Positions 1-9,340 of a stretch of 64,000 nucleotides of DNA are shown here, in pieces. Below the pieces are notes generated by a model. That model ran no database searches. It saw only the letters and a list, made by a program, of their open reading frames with translations, and had not been told where the DNA came from. Source of the stretch: Candidatus Buchananbacteria bacterium CG10_big_fil_rev_8_21_14_0_10_33_19 (GTDB lineage: Bacteria > Patescibacteriota > Patescibacteriia > 2-01-FULL-39-33); the NCBI GenBank assembly GCA_002773855.1, contig PEZY01000005.1, forward strand, positions 8,237-72,236, written 5' to 3'. The first letter of the stretch is position 1, and each line of letters starts with the position of its first letter. The translations under genes were made by a program, and so were the position numbers.

Positions 1-549
1 ATGTCTAATTGGCTCGTAAGGATCACCGGGTTTATTAAGCAAGGCTTCTAATCTAGTTATTTCCTTTTCTTTTTGTTCCTCGTGCCACTTAGCCAAGCGT
101 ACTTGTTTTATTTCAGAAGCCATCACTGGATCCAATTCATCGGTAATATCAGCAAACAATTCCGCTTCTACAGCCTCTATATCAATATTAATTGATAAAC
201 CAAACAACTCAAACAACTTCTCAGCCACCTCGCGGGGCTTCTCTATTGATTTGGGCACCGCATACAGCATATGCATATCTCGATTAGTCACCAAAGGAAA
301 GAGAGTTTGTTTATCACCATTTTTTTCGACTACATAAATAGAACCTCTTTCAGGAAATAATTTCTTATAAAGTTCATGTTGACCAATAGCCAAAGCCTCA
401 TAAAAAGACCCTCGGAAAACTTGGAGGTAGAATAATTTAATAACAATGACCGCTGAGAAAACAATAAAAAAAATGGCTAGAAATTTAATTCTACCCTGTT
501 TAGATTCTCTACTTTTAAAACGGGTTAATTTATTCTCTCTCCAGCTCAT
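1..549 (-). CDS. ftsI: Penicillin-binding protein 2 / FtsI, N-terminal part (runs off the window start)
   Basis: Manual translation from ATG at 549: MSWKRENK...IVIKLFYLQV...PERGSIY (TM followed by the PBP dimerisation RGxIY motif); follows mraZ-rsmH-ftsL. Confidence 0.85.
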   Translation of the reverse strand, partial: MSWRENKLTRFKSRESKQGRIKFLAIFFIVFSAVIVIKLFYLQVFRGSFYEALAIGQHELYKKLFPERGSIYVVEKNGDKQTLFPLVTNRDMHMLYAVPKSIEKPREVAEKLFELFGLSINIDIEAVEAELFADITDELDPVMASEIKQVRLAKWHEEQKEKEITRLEALLNKPGDPYEPIRH

Positions 550-560
550 TGTAAAATAAT

Positions 561-932
561 TTATCTCAAAGCCACCACAGAATCAGCTGGTTTTATAATT
601 TCTAAATTTTCTGTAGCCACTAGATTAAGTTTAGGAACTTGTTCTAAAATATTTGCCATTGACTGTAATTCGATATACGACAAATTTAACTTCTTATGAT
701 CTTCTTGTAATTGACTAAGTCTATTTTCTAAATCTTTGATTTCATAGCCTTTAGTCGCGGTCATATTAATTTGCATCAAATAAGCGCCAGTTACTACAAA
801 AGTTAACGTCACAATCACCATGCTTAATTTTTTTGGTGTCATAAAACTAAACAATAACCTAAATATATTACGTTTTTTGCGTAATTCTGGAAAATGATGA
901 TTACATTGTTCTTGTTTCCAATCTCGGCACAT
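561..932 (-). CDS. ftsL: FtsL-like cell division protein
   Basis: Single TM plus coiled coil (GYEIKDLENRLSQLQE), located between rsmH and ftsI; start uncertain. Confidence 0.65.
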   Translation of the reverse strand: MCRDWKQEQCNHHFPELRKKRNIFRLLFSFMTPKKLSMVIVTLTFVVTGAYLMQINMTATKGYEIKDLENRLSQLQEDHKKLNLSYIELQSMANILEQVPKLNLVATENLEIIKPADSVVALR

Positions 933-953
933 GGGATTATTTGATTTGATTAT

Positions 954-1844
954 TTAAATTTTTTCAACCACTCTTAACTTAGCACTGCGACTTCTAGGAT
1001 TTTTAAGTACTTCTTCATCTGAAGCAACTATTGGTCTTTTAGTTATAATTTTGATCTTAGGAAAATCTTTAACCGCAGCATTCTTAAAAAAATGCTTAAC
1101 TATTCTATCTTCACCACTATGGAAAGAGATAACCGCTAGCCGACCACCAACCGCTAAAGAGTTTATCGCATCAGGTAAAACCTGCTCGATATTCCCATAC
1201 TCATCATTTACCGCGATTCGTAGAGCTTGAAAAACTTTAGTCGCCGGATTATGTTTTGACTTATGACGATATTTTTTGCGGTACTGTTCTGAAATCAGCT
1301 GGACAAGCATATCAGCTGTTTCAATAAACTCACCACTTTGACGCTTAGCAATAATTTGTTTAGTTATTGGCCAAGCTAACGGCTCTTCCCCATAATTTTT
1401 AAATATTTCTAATAACTCTTTTTCACTATAATTTTTTAAAATTTCAGCAGCAGTGGGTCTGTCAGAAGTTGGATCAAATCTTAAATCCAAAAATCCTTCA
1501 CCCTGGAAACTAAATCCTCTATCCCCTGAGCCAAGCTGATCTGATGATAGACCAAGGTCAAGTAATACTCCATTAATTTTAGTAATTCCCAGTTCATTAA
1601 TTATTTTCTTTAAATTCTTATAATTATCGTTAACTAGTACTAGATTTTTATCGTGATTTAATTTTTTAACTGCCGGATCTAAATCGATGCCAATAACTTT
1701 GCCATTTGGTTTAATTCTTTCTAAAATAGCCTTAGAATGTCCACCACCACCATAGGTACAATCAATATGATTCTGATTTGGTTGGGGGTTTAAGCCATCT
1801 AATACTTCTCTCAATAATACTGGTTCATGAATAGTCTTGGACAT
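954..1844 (-). CDS. rsmH: 16S rRNA m4C1402 methyltransferase RsmH
   Basis: HEPVLL, DCTYGGGGHS, LDLGLSS, FHSGEDRIVK, NPRSRSAKLR motifs; likely start MSKT at 1844. Confidence 0.97.
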   Translation of the reverse strand: MSKTIHEPVLLREVLDGLNPQPNQNHIDCTYGGGGHSKAILERIKPNGKVIGIDLDPAVKKLNHDKNLVLVNDNYKNLKKIINELGITKINGVLLDLGLSSDQLGSGDRGFSFQGEGFLDLRFDPTSDRPTAAEILKNYSEKELLEIFKNYGEEPLAWPITKQIIAKRQSGEFIETADMLVQLISEQYRKKYRHKSKHNPATKVFQALRIAVNDEYGNIEQVLPDAINSLAVGGRLAVISFHSGEDRIVKHFFKNAAVKDFPKIKIITKRPIVASDEEVLKNPRSRSAKLRVVEKI

Positions 1845-1845
1845 A

Positions 1846-2277
1846 TTATTTTTCAGAAACATTTTCTAGAGCTTCGGCGATATCATTAGCGTTACTTTCA
1901 GTGTACTTAATATTTTTCTCCCATTTTTCTTCATCCCAAATTTCTAATCGATTATATAAACCAGCTACAATGACATTTTTATTTAAGCCAGCAAATTTTC
2001 TTTGATATTCAGGAATGATAATTCGTCCCTGTTTATCAGTTTCCACTTCCATTGCTCCAGCTAACATTTGTCTAGCCAGTGACCGATTATTTAATTTAGT
2101 AAAAGTTCTAGTCGCAATATCCTCAGCAATTTTATCCCATTCTTTTTTGGTGTATAAAAAAAGGCAGTTATCCAATCCCTTGGTAACTACGGCCTTTTTT
2201 AATTCATGACGAAACTTGGCTGGTATAGCCATTCTGCCCTTGGAATCAATGTTGTGTGAATATTGACCAACAAACAT
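1846..2277 (-). CDS. mraZ: Transcriptional regulator MraZ
   Basis: MFVGQYSHNIDSKGRMAIPAKFR and second DKQGRIIIP repeat. Confidence 0.97.
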   Translation of the reverse strand: MFVGQYSHNIDSKGRMAIPAKFRHELKKAVVTKGLDNCLFLYTKKEWDKIAEDIATRTFTKLNNRSLARQMLAGAMEVETDKQGRIIIPEYQRKFAGLNKNVIVAGLYNRLEIWDEEKWEKNIKYTESNANDIAEALENVSEK

Positions 2278-2338
2278 GGTATTGTGTTAAGCGCGACAAG
2301 CATGGAAATATTAATTAATTTATTTGGAAAAGCTTTCC

Positions 2339-2402
2339 CCACTTTTCCCCACTTTTAACCATCTGTAATCATTATAGCCCACTATTCATCACCGGTCAAC
2401 AC
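2339..2402 (-). promoter_or_regulatory. mraZ promoter overlapped by 10-bp-phased MraZ-type GTGG boxes
   Basis: -35 TTGACC (2399-2394), 17 bp, -10 TATAAT (2376-2371); boxes at 2339, 2349, 2359, 2369, 2379, 2389 and 2399. Confidence 0.8.
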
Positions 2403-2481
2403 TTTAATTATATTAATAAAAACCCTCAAAATGCTTCAATTTTACACCATTTTAGTTAATTAGCTTACAACTATAAATTAT

Positions 2482-2534
2482 TGTGGATAATTTAATAAGT
2501 AATTTGTCTTTTAGTTAGTTACACTTTATCCACA
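2482..2534. promoter_or_regulatory. Two perfect DnaA boxes in opposite orientation
   Basis: TGTGGATAA 2482-2490 and TTATCCACA 2526-2534. Confidence 0.75.
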
Positions 2535-2666
2535 ATATACAAAACACATAACATGGAACATATTTTACACTTAAAAAGAGATATGAATAAATCACATCTC
2601 TTTTTATTATTTATACGTATTATTTCTAATAAATTATATTATAGGTTTTACGTTATATGTTATACG

Positions 2667-3065
2667 TTACGATATATTAGGCTCCCTGCCATATTCAGGC
2701 ATCACCACACCTCCAGTTTTAGTAGATTTCAATTTAGTCATAGTCTTAGCAATTAACTCTTCATTATTACTAAATTCAGTTAAGTTTAAGCCAATAACTG
2801 GCACATTCAAAGCATAAGCTAAAACATTAGCCGTCACCACGCCAATTCTTAGCGCGGTAAAACCGCCAGGGCCAGTCACAACAGCAATACCTTTAATATC
2901 TTCTAGATTATTATGCTGATTATTTAAACTTTCTTTAATTAAAGGTAATAAATTTTCCGCTTGTTTGTATTCACCCTCAATTTCGCGAATATTAAAATCG
3001 GTAGAATTTTTTGCCAATATGACCTCCAAAGATTTACTTATAGCCGTGTTAATTATCAAGTACAT
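2667..3065 (-). CDS. tsaB: tRNA threonylcarbamoyladenosine biosynthesis protein TsaB (short form)
   Basis: IAVVTGPGGFTALRIGVVTANVLA motif and C-terminal PEYGREP. Confidence 0.85.
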   Translation of the reverse strand: MYLIINTAISKSLEVILAKNSTDFNIREIEGEYKQAENLLPLIKESLNNQHNNLEDIKGIAVVTGPGGFTALRIGVVTANVLAYALNVPVIGLNLTEFSNNEELIAKTMTKLKSTKTGGVVMPEYGREPNIS

Positions 3066-3067
3066 AT

Positions 3068-3679
3068 TTATTTTTTCATTTTAGACATTAAAGAATCAAC
3101 AATTATCATATTTTTACCACCCAATAAATCATACAAAAAACGATCAGTTATATTATAACGATACTGAAATTCCGCTTTAGTCATTATGGCATAATTAATT
3201 GATTTACCTAGTTCTTTCTCAAAAGACTTTACTAAGTTCTTTAATTTTGTCCGATTAACCACACCCACTGCCAACATATCAACTGGGGCATTCTCCCATC
3301 CCACAAAAACACCGGATAACAAGAAAAATTTAATATCACCTAAATTTTCAATCCTTTTAGTTAGAGTTTTGTCTAAAACCACATGGGCTTTATTTAATAA
3401 TGATGTTAATTCAGTGATAAACATAAAATCACCATTTAATTTGTAATATTTTTTATTATCCTTTATTTCTTTTTCAATTTCCTTTTCCAAGTCTGTTTTA
3501 GTGTAAAAATTAATAATACCCATTTTTTGTAAATTATCTAATTCTCGTCTAATTGAATTTAAATGAGTATCTAAATTGCGAGTTAACTCTCTAACATAAT
3601 AAAACTTCTCCGGATTGTTTAAAAACAATCGAAGTAGCATTACTCTTGTCTTAGAACCAAAAAGTTGTTCAATCATCAA
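3068..3679 (-). CDS. Winged-helix protein with degenerate nucleotidyltransferase-like C-domain
   Basis: LFGSKTRVMLL...YVRELTR...NSIRRELDNL wHTH; LSGVF...VDMLAVG. Confidence 0.6.
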   Translation of the reverse strand: MMIEQLFGSKTRVMLLRLFLNNPEKFYYVRELTRNLDTHLNSIRRELDNLQKMGIINFYTKTDLEKEIEKEIKDNKKYYKLNGDFMFITELTSLLNKAHVVLDKTLTKRIENLGDIKFFLLSGVFVGWENAPVDMLAVGVVNRTKLKNLVKSFEKELGKSINYAIMTKAEFQYRYNITDRFLYDLLGGKNMIIVDSLMSKMKK

Positions 3680-3855
3680 TATTTGTAATTAATTAGATTT
3701 AGCCTGAATATTTACACAATAACTAAAAAACTGGAAATTAGTAGTTTTAACCAATTCTTTGACTTTAATATCATTGGACTTGTTGCTATTAAATATTGTA
3801 TAATATTTAATGCATATGTATCAAGTCCTAAAATATTTCAATCACTTAACATAAC

Positions 3856-6135
3856 ATGAACCAACTTCTAACTTCAATCAGTAAACTATCTATGGACAGT
3901 GGCAAAAGTTCCGCTGTCTGTGACGCTTTTGTAGCCAAACCTAAGCCAGAACTAAAAAGTAAGCTAGGAACGATAGTTGGAATTATAGAATTATTTGCTC
4001 AACCAGATGAATTTGTTGATAAATTTTTTGAAATAATAAATGATTTAGAAACCGAATACTATTTGCCACCATTTGAAACTGAAGGTGGCATTGAAAAGAG
4101 ATTTGAAGAATGCTTACAAAGAGCCAATAGACGTATACACAAAGCTATCAATGACTCAGTCATTGAATTAGAACCAAAGAACATCAATTCTCTAGTGGCC
4201 CTAATTCATCATGGCAAAATTTACTTAAGTCAAATAGGCCAAAATAATGCTCTTTTATTTCATCGTAAAAAACAATACGATTATATTATTGTGGATATTT
4301 TTTCTCAAGCTGGCGACAAAACCAGCAAAATAAACTCCGAAAAGATGTTCTCTAACATTATTAATGGTGCTATTACCGAAAAAGATAATTTATTTTTTTG
4401 TAATGATAGTGTTTTAGAATATATTTCACAAAATGAATTAATGGAAATAATCACCGAGGAATCACCAGCTTCCGCCCTTAAAGAAATTGAATCGATTCTA
4501 AAAAAAGACAGCCAAGATAACAATTTTTATGCCATTGCTATTGAACCAGTCATCAAAGAAGATAAATTTACTGAACAATTAATTGTTAGTGCTAATAACA
4601 CCATGCCAGAAATAGAAAAACCACGTGTACCCTCACAAACATCTATTAATAAATTAATATCCACCCAAGAAAATACCGAAAAATATTTAGCGCCATCTAT
4701 GGCCCCTAATTGGAAAAAGGCTTTAGTAATTACCGTCTGGGGCTTAAGGGTGGTTACTAAATTTATCATTAAATACCTTAAAATAATTTCCTTAGAAATA
4801 ATTAAACTAAGCAAGGTTACTTTTAATTACATTTATCATAAATTTGCCAAGCAAAAATTAAATAACCGAGACACTAGCACTATTAATAGTGACCAATCAT
4901 TAAACCCAAATAAGCCAACTATTGACCCATCTGAAAACACGCAGACTAGCTATAGTCATAAATTAAAGGAAAATAAAAATTTATTTGATACCATTAGTGA
5001 TTTTATCAATCGACAAATTACTAAATTTGTCAGTCTAAATAAACTACAAAAAAGCTTGTTTATTACTGGCCTAGTGTTAATATTTTTCTTTTCCCAAAGC
5101 ATGGTGTGGCAAGGACAAGTAGTTACTAACTCAGAAAAAACCAGCACTTCCGATATTATCAAGCAGATCGAAGATAATTTGAATGCCGGTGAAGCCAAGA
5201 ATATATTTAATGATGAAGCCGGATCTAAAGAATCATTACAGTTGGCAATAAATCTTTTGAGTCAAATCCCAAATAACAATAAATATCAAGCTACTAAAAA
5301 TGAGCTGCAAAGTCGGATTGATGATTTAAATAGATCATTACAAAAAATAGTTTATTTAGATAATCCAGAAACTATATCAGATTTATTTAATCAAAATGAA
5401 TCAGCCGATTTATCATCAATGACAATATCTGGTAATTATATTTTCGTCTTTGATAATAATAATCAAAATATTTATAAAATTGATCTAGAAAAAAAACAAA
5501 CTATTGCTAAAAAATTACCTCAGAATTTCAGCAATGTTCGAAAAATAGCCGCTATAGACGATAACAAAGTTTTACTATTAAACAATGATAGTGAGTTATA
5601 CACCTATAACCTAGAAACTAATTTAGCTGAAAGCTCATTAACTAATAAAGACAAAATTACCGATATCAGTTTATATGGTGGAAAATTATACGCCCTAATT
5701 GCCGACAAGGGACAAATCTTAAAACACTTTCCAGTTGATACTGGTTATAATTCTGGTAGTAGCTGGATAAAAGATGGTACTGATATCACAGATATAGTTA
5801 CATTTACAATTGATGGTGGCATATATACGATTAATGATACTGGCAATATTAAATACCTGCTCAGTGGCAAACTAATGGCCACTAACTTTTCAGAAGTAAA
5901 CCCAGCAATTTCATCACCAAAACAAATATTTACCGATGGTGACTCTAGTTATTTATACGTTTTAGATCAAAATAATCAACGTATAATTGTATTTGAAAAA
6001 AATAGTGGCAACATAAAAACCCAGTACTCATCTAAGGAATTTTCGAATATGAAATCAATAATTATCAATAGCAAAGAAAAGAAAATTTATGTATTGGCAA
6101 ATAAAAAAATATACCTAATTAACACTGATAACTAA
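3856..6135 (+). CDS. Hypothetical membrane-anchored protein (degenerate PP2C-like N-domain, TM, beta-propeller-like C-domain)
   Basis: LQRANRRI...IYLSQIGQNNALL...DNLFFCND PP2C-like pattern; TM near aa 400; YVLDQNNQRIIVF NHL-like repeats. Confidence 0.5.
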   Translation: MNQLLTSISKLSMDSGKSSAVCDAFVAKPKPELKSKLGTIVGIIELFAQPDEFVDKFFEIINDLETEYYLPPFETEGGIEKRFEECLQRANRRIHKAINDSVIELEPKNINSLVALIHHGKIYLSQIGQNNALLFHRKKQYDYIIVDIFSQAGDKTSKINSEKMFSNIINGAITEKDNLFFCNDSVLEYISQNELMEIITEESPASALKEIESILKKDSQDNNFYAIAIEPVIKEDKFTEQLIVSANNTMPEIEKPRVPSQTSINKLISTQENTEKYLAPSMAPNWKKALVITVWGLRVVTKFIIKYLKIISLEIIKLSKVTFNYIYHKFAKQKLNNRDTSTINSDQSLNPNKPTIDPSENTQTSYSHKLKENKNLFDTISDFINRQITKFVSLNKLQKSLFITGLVLIFFFSQSMVWQGQVVTNSEKTSTSDIIKQIEDNLNAGEAKNIFNDEAGSKESLQLAINLLSQIPNNNKYQATKNELQSRIDDLNRSLQKIVYLDNPETISDLFNQNESADLSSMTISGNYIFVFDNNNQNIYKIDLEKKQTIAKKLPQNFSNVRKIAAIDDNKVLLLNNDSELYTYNLETNLAESSLTNKDKITDISLYGGKLYALIADKGQILKHFPVDTGYNSGSSWIKDGTDITDIVTFTIDGGIYTINDTGNIKYLLSGKLMATNFSEVNPAISSPKQIFTDGDSSYLYVLDQNNQRIIVFEKNSGNIKTQYSSKEFSNMKSIIINSKEKKIYVLANKKIYLINTDN

Positions 6136-6175
6136 TTTGTAAATATAATTTCAATCAGGGAGGACACCGGTAGCT

Positions 6176-6391
6176 ATGTTTATCAATTGCAGTCAAAAAT
6201 ATAGACTCACCAATAAAGCCCCTTATAACTCTGAACTAATACTTAAAATTCAACAAGAGAGGGACTTTGCCATATCACAATCGATCAATCAAAAATTGGG
6301 CTACAAAATATTTGAGATTATAATGCTCTCCGACGAACATTTTAAAAAAATTATTGCCAAAAAAGAGGCAACCAAAAAACCTCCAGGCTAG
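6176..6391 (+). CDS. Small hypothetical protein
   Basis: 71-aa ORF with GGAGG SD (6159-6163), followed by a terminator. Confidence 0.55.
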   Translation: MFINCSQKYRLTNKAPYNSELILKIQQERDFAISQSINQKLGYKIFEIIMLSDEHFKKIIAKKEATKKPPG

Positions 6392-6407
6392 GCCCAGAGG
6401 TTTTTTT
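6374..6407. terminator. Bidirectional intrinsic terminator
   Basis: AAAAAACCTC...GAGGTTTTTTT between convergent genes. Confidence 0.75.
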
Positions 6408-6423
6408 AATTTAAAATAAAATA

Positions 6424-6825
6424 TTATTTTAAAGTTACAGTCGCACCAGCCTCTTCAAGAGTCTTTTTGATGTTTTCTGCTTCTTCTTTCTTTACATTTT
6501 CTCTAACAACCTTTGGAGCACCGTCAACTAAATCTTTAGCTTCTTTTAATCCAAGTTCTGTTACAGTTCTAACTGCTTTAATAACACCAATTTTGTTAGC
6601 ACCAGCTGCAGTTAATTCGATATCAAAGCTATCTTTTTCTTCAACGGCTTCAGCAGCAGCAGGAGCAGCAGCCATAGCCATCATAGGAGCAGCAGCAGAA
6701 ACACCAAATTTTTCTTCTAATACCTTAACTAATTCAGATAAATCAATAACGCTAAGCTTTTCAATTTGCTCAACCAATGACTTGAATTTTTCAGGTACAA
6801 TAACTTCTTTTTTTTCTTCTGACAT
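6424..6825 (-). CDS. rplL: 50S ribosomal protein L7/L12
   Basis: [29 protein letters not shown]. Confidence 0.98.
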   Translation of the reverse strand: MSEEKKEVIVPEKFKSLVEQIEKLSVIDLSELVKVLEEKFGVSAAAPMMAMAAAPAAAEAVEEKDSFDIELTAAGANKIGVIKAVRTVTELGLKEAKDLVDGAPKVVRENVKKEEAENIKKTLEEAGATVTLK

Positions 6826-6871
6826 AATTTTATTTAATTATTATTTATTTTTTAATTATTTATATTAATTT

Positions 6872-7405
6872 TTAATTACCTTGTGATTTCTTTTCGCTAA
6901 TAGCATTAAGGGCGTAAACAAAATTTCGAAGATTGCCTGATAACACATTAACAAAGCCTGATAATGGAGCGGCAATTGAACCAACTGCTTTGGCCAATAA
7001 CTCTGGCTTAGATGGTAAGACAGCTAAAGCCTTAATCTTATCTTCTCCAATCAATGCTCCTTCCAAGACACCACCTAAAATTTTCATTTTTTCATGACCC
7101 TTGGCAAAAGTACTAACCAATTTTGCTGGTGCTATTTCATCTTCAAAACCAATAACAGTCGCTACTTCACCACTAAAGTCACTATTCTCTACATCAGAGA
7201 AGCCCTTTTCAGTTAAAATTTTCTTAAGTAGAGTTTTTTTAGCTACAACATAGCCAACATTCTCATCTTTACAAGTATTTCTCAAAATATTAATCTCCTT
7301 AACTGGAATACCAGAAAAATTAACGAAAACAGCTGACTTCATAGCATCCATTTTTTCCTGTAAGCCACCTAAAATTTCTTTTTTCTGACTTTTGGTTTTG
7401 GCCAT
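6872..7405 (-). CDS. rplJ: 50S ribosomal protein L10
   Basis: VAKKTL, LAVLPSKPELLA motifs; upstream of rplL. Confidence 0.97.
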   Translation of the reverse strand: MAKTKSQKKEILGGLQEKMDAMKSAVFVNFSGIPVKEINILRNTCKDENVGYVVAKKTLLKKILTEKGFSDVENSDFSGEVATVIGFEDEIAPAKLVSTFAKGHEKMKILGGVLEGALIGEDKIKALAVLPSKPELLAKAVGSIAAPLSGFVNVLSGNLRNFVYALNAISEKKSQGN

Positions 7406-7430
7406 AGTATTATAATGATTATTAATTAAT

Positions 7431-7530
7431 AAAAAAATCTGCTCTCATCAGCAGACATAATAGAATTAGCTAAAATAAGCTATATTTCCTCGGTAGGTCT
7501 TAATTTTATGCCCACTGTCTGCGGATAAAT
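7431..7530 (-). ncRNA. Ribosomal protein L10 leader with attenuator
   Basis: CCGCAGACAGTGGG...CCTACCGAGG matches the L10-leader core; followed by TCTGCT-GATGAG-AGCAGA-T7 terminator; promoter TTGACA(7573)/TGCTATAAT(7554-7546). Confidence 0.85.
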
Positions 7531-7632
7531 TGTTTTATTGGTATTATTATAGCAAATTTGTATTATTTGTCAATAAGCACCAAAAGGACCATTTTTATTA
7601 TATTTAATTACTATTTTTAAGCTATTTATAAA

Positions 7633-8169
7633 TTATTTAAAAAAAATTGCCTTATATGTCCAAAAATCAATTTTACCATCATCATATGGTTTACTATCAA
7701 TATTAGCCTTTAAACACAAGCTATTTAAAAATTCTTGCTTATCTTTAAAACTAGACCAAACATTTGGCAAATAAGTAGCCGAATTACTACCTCGTCTGAT
7801 TAAAACTCCATCACCAGATTTTATTTGATCAATTGAAACTTTTTCTAATTCCGACAAAATTGATATCTCAATTTCTACTTTATCTAGGTCTCCAATCTTA
7901 AATGGCTGCGATCTTGGATCATTAAAGGCTAAGATGGTATTGTCTCTGACAGACAATATTAGAGACTCCTGAGGCTCAATATGCCCCACACAGCCATGTA
8001 ATTTATTGTCCAAATTAAGAGTCACAAAGACTCCCCGCTTTTCCCAGAGCTTCTTGTTAATAGTCTGGGGTTCAAATTTTTCCCCAGACATTAAAAATTT
8101 CTCCAGTGACTTATAAGCTATCTTAAGAAGAAATTCCTTTTCACCTGCAGTATAATATTCACTGTCCAT
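7633..8169 (-). CDS. AmmeMemoRadiSam system protein A (AMMECR1 domain)
   Basis: RGVFVTL, LHGCVG, DPR, IEISILS, ATYLPNV, LCLKA. Confidence 0.85.
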   Translation of the reverse strand: MDSEYYTAGEKEFLLKIAYKSLEKFLMSGEKFEPQTINKKLWEKRGVFVTLNLDNKLHGCVGHIEPQESLILSVRDNTILAFNDPRSQPFKIGDLDKVEIEISILSELEKVSIDQIKSGDGVLIRRGSNSATYLPNVWSSFKDKQEFLNSLCLKANIDSKPYDDGKIDFWTYKAIFFK

Positions 8170-8174
8170 AAAAA

Positions 8175-9173
8175 TTAATCTAAATATTTGGCCTTATTTC
8201 TTAGATGTTCTTCATAAGTCTGACTATATATCACAGTACCATCATCTTTAGTAGTTAGAAAATAGTAATGGGCATTTCTAGTCGGATAAACCACTGCCTC
8301 AATACTGCCAACACCCGGATTAGATATTGGACCTGGTGGCAAACCTCGATACTTATAAGTATTATAAAGTGAATCTATTTTCAAATCATCATAAGTTGGT
8401 TGAGACCGCCCATAACCAGTGACATAATTAACCGTAGCATCAGATTGTAAGGCAATGCCATCTTTTAATCTTTTTAAGAAGACATCGGCAATCATTTTTT
8501 TATCAGCATCATTTGGCACTTCTCTTTCGATAATCGAAGCTAAAGTCACTACATCAAAAATATTTTTTCCTTGACTAACTATATCAGCCTTAGTTTGATC
8601 AGTTAATTTACTATCAAAATTATCCAACATTTTTCTTATAATATCCTCAACAGTTGCGTCAGAAAATATTCGATAAGTATCAGGAAACAAAAAACCTTCT
8701 AAGTTTTTAGTCTTAACATCGGCCAAAAAATCATATTGATCACGCCAATCATCAATAGCAATAGCTGTCAAAAATTCTGATTTTAAAACAATATCATTTT
8801 TTTCTAAATAATCAGCAATTTCTTCGGCTCTCCAGCCCTCAATAATTGTAATTACACTTTCATTACTTAAACTAGTGCCAGTGGTAATAATTCTTAATAC
8901 ATCTATCATGCTCATATTTTTAGACAAAGCATGGTTACCAGCTACAATTTTACTTTGCTGACCCTTTAATTTAGTATAAAGCTCAAAGATAAATTTATGT
9001 CTTATTAAATCTTGACTTAACAAATCATCAGACACATCATTCAGGGTTTCACCAATTTTTATATCAAAATAAATATCTGATTTATCTTTACTATTTGGCG
9101 TGAAAATATCTATCAAAAAATACACCGTTAAGAAGAATACTATAAATACAACTAAAATAACTATTTTTTTCAT
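8175..9173 (-). CDS. mltG: Endolytic transglycosylase MltG
   Basis: LEGFLFPDTY, LASIIERE, LQSDATVNY, YNTYKYRGLPPGPISNPG. Confidence 0.96.
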   Translation of the reverse strand: MKKIVILVVFIVFFLTVYFLIDIFTPNSKDKSDIYFDIKIGETLNDVSDDLLSQDLIRHKFIFELYTKLKGQQSKIVAGNHALSKNMSMIDVLRIITTGTSLSNESVITIIEGWRAEEIADYLEKNDIVLKSEFLTAIAIDDWRDQYDFLADVKTKNLEGFLFPDTYRIFSDATVEDIIRKMLDNFDSKLTDQTKADIVSQGKNIFDVVTLASIIEREVPNDADKKMIADVFLKRLKDGIALQSDATVNYVTGYGRSQPTYDDLKIDSLYNTYKYRGLPPGPISNPGVGSIEAVVYPTRNAHYYFLTTKDDGTVIYSQTYEEHLRNKAKYLD

Positions 9174-9340
9174 TTTTTTATTAAATTATTACTAATTCAG
9201 TATAACATAGAGTTACAAAATGATAAATTTTAATAAATATTTATATCGTGTTGTCAAAACTGGCAAAATATTATATTCTAATTATAGCAATTTGAACATT
9301 GACAATAATTCAAGATAATTCTAACCAAGGAGCCTGAGAA

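Noticed and set aside
2400-2666. Possible oriC (AT-rich, DnaA boxes)
   Set aside because: Only two boxes, no dnaA/dnaN nearby, and by eye the + strand looks C-rich on both sides with no skew switch; treated as regulatory
6467-6868. 133-aa + strand ORF, and other short ORFs nested antisense or off-frame in recognised genes (e.g. 48475-48717, 32273-32737, 38853-39323)
   Set aside because: Shadows of well-supported genes, with no motifs or independent signals
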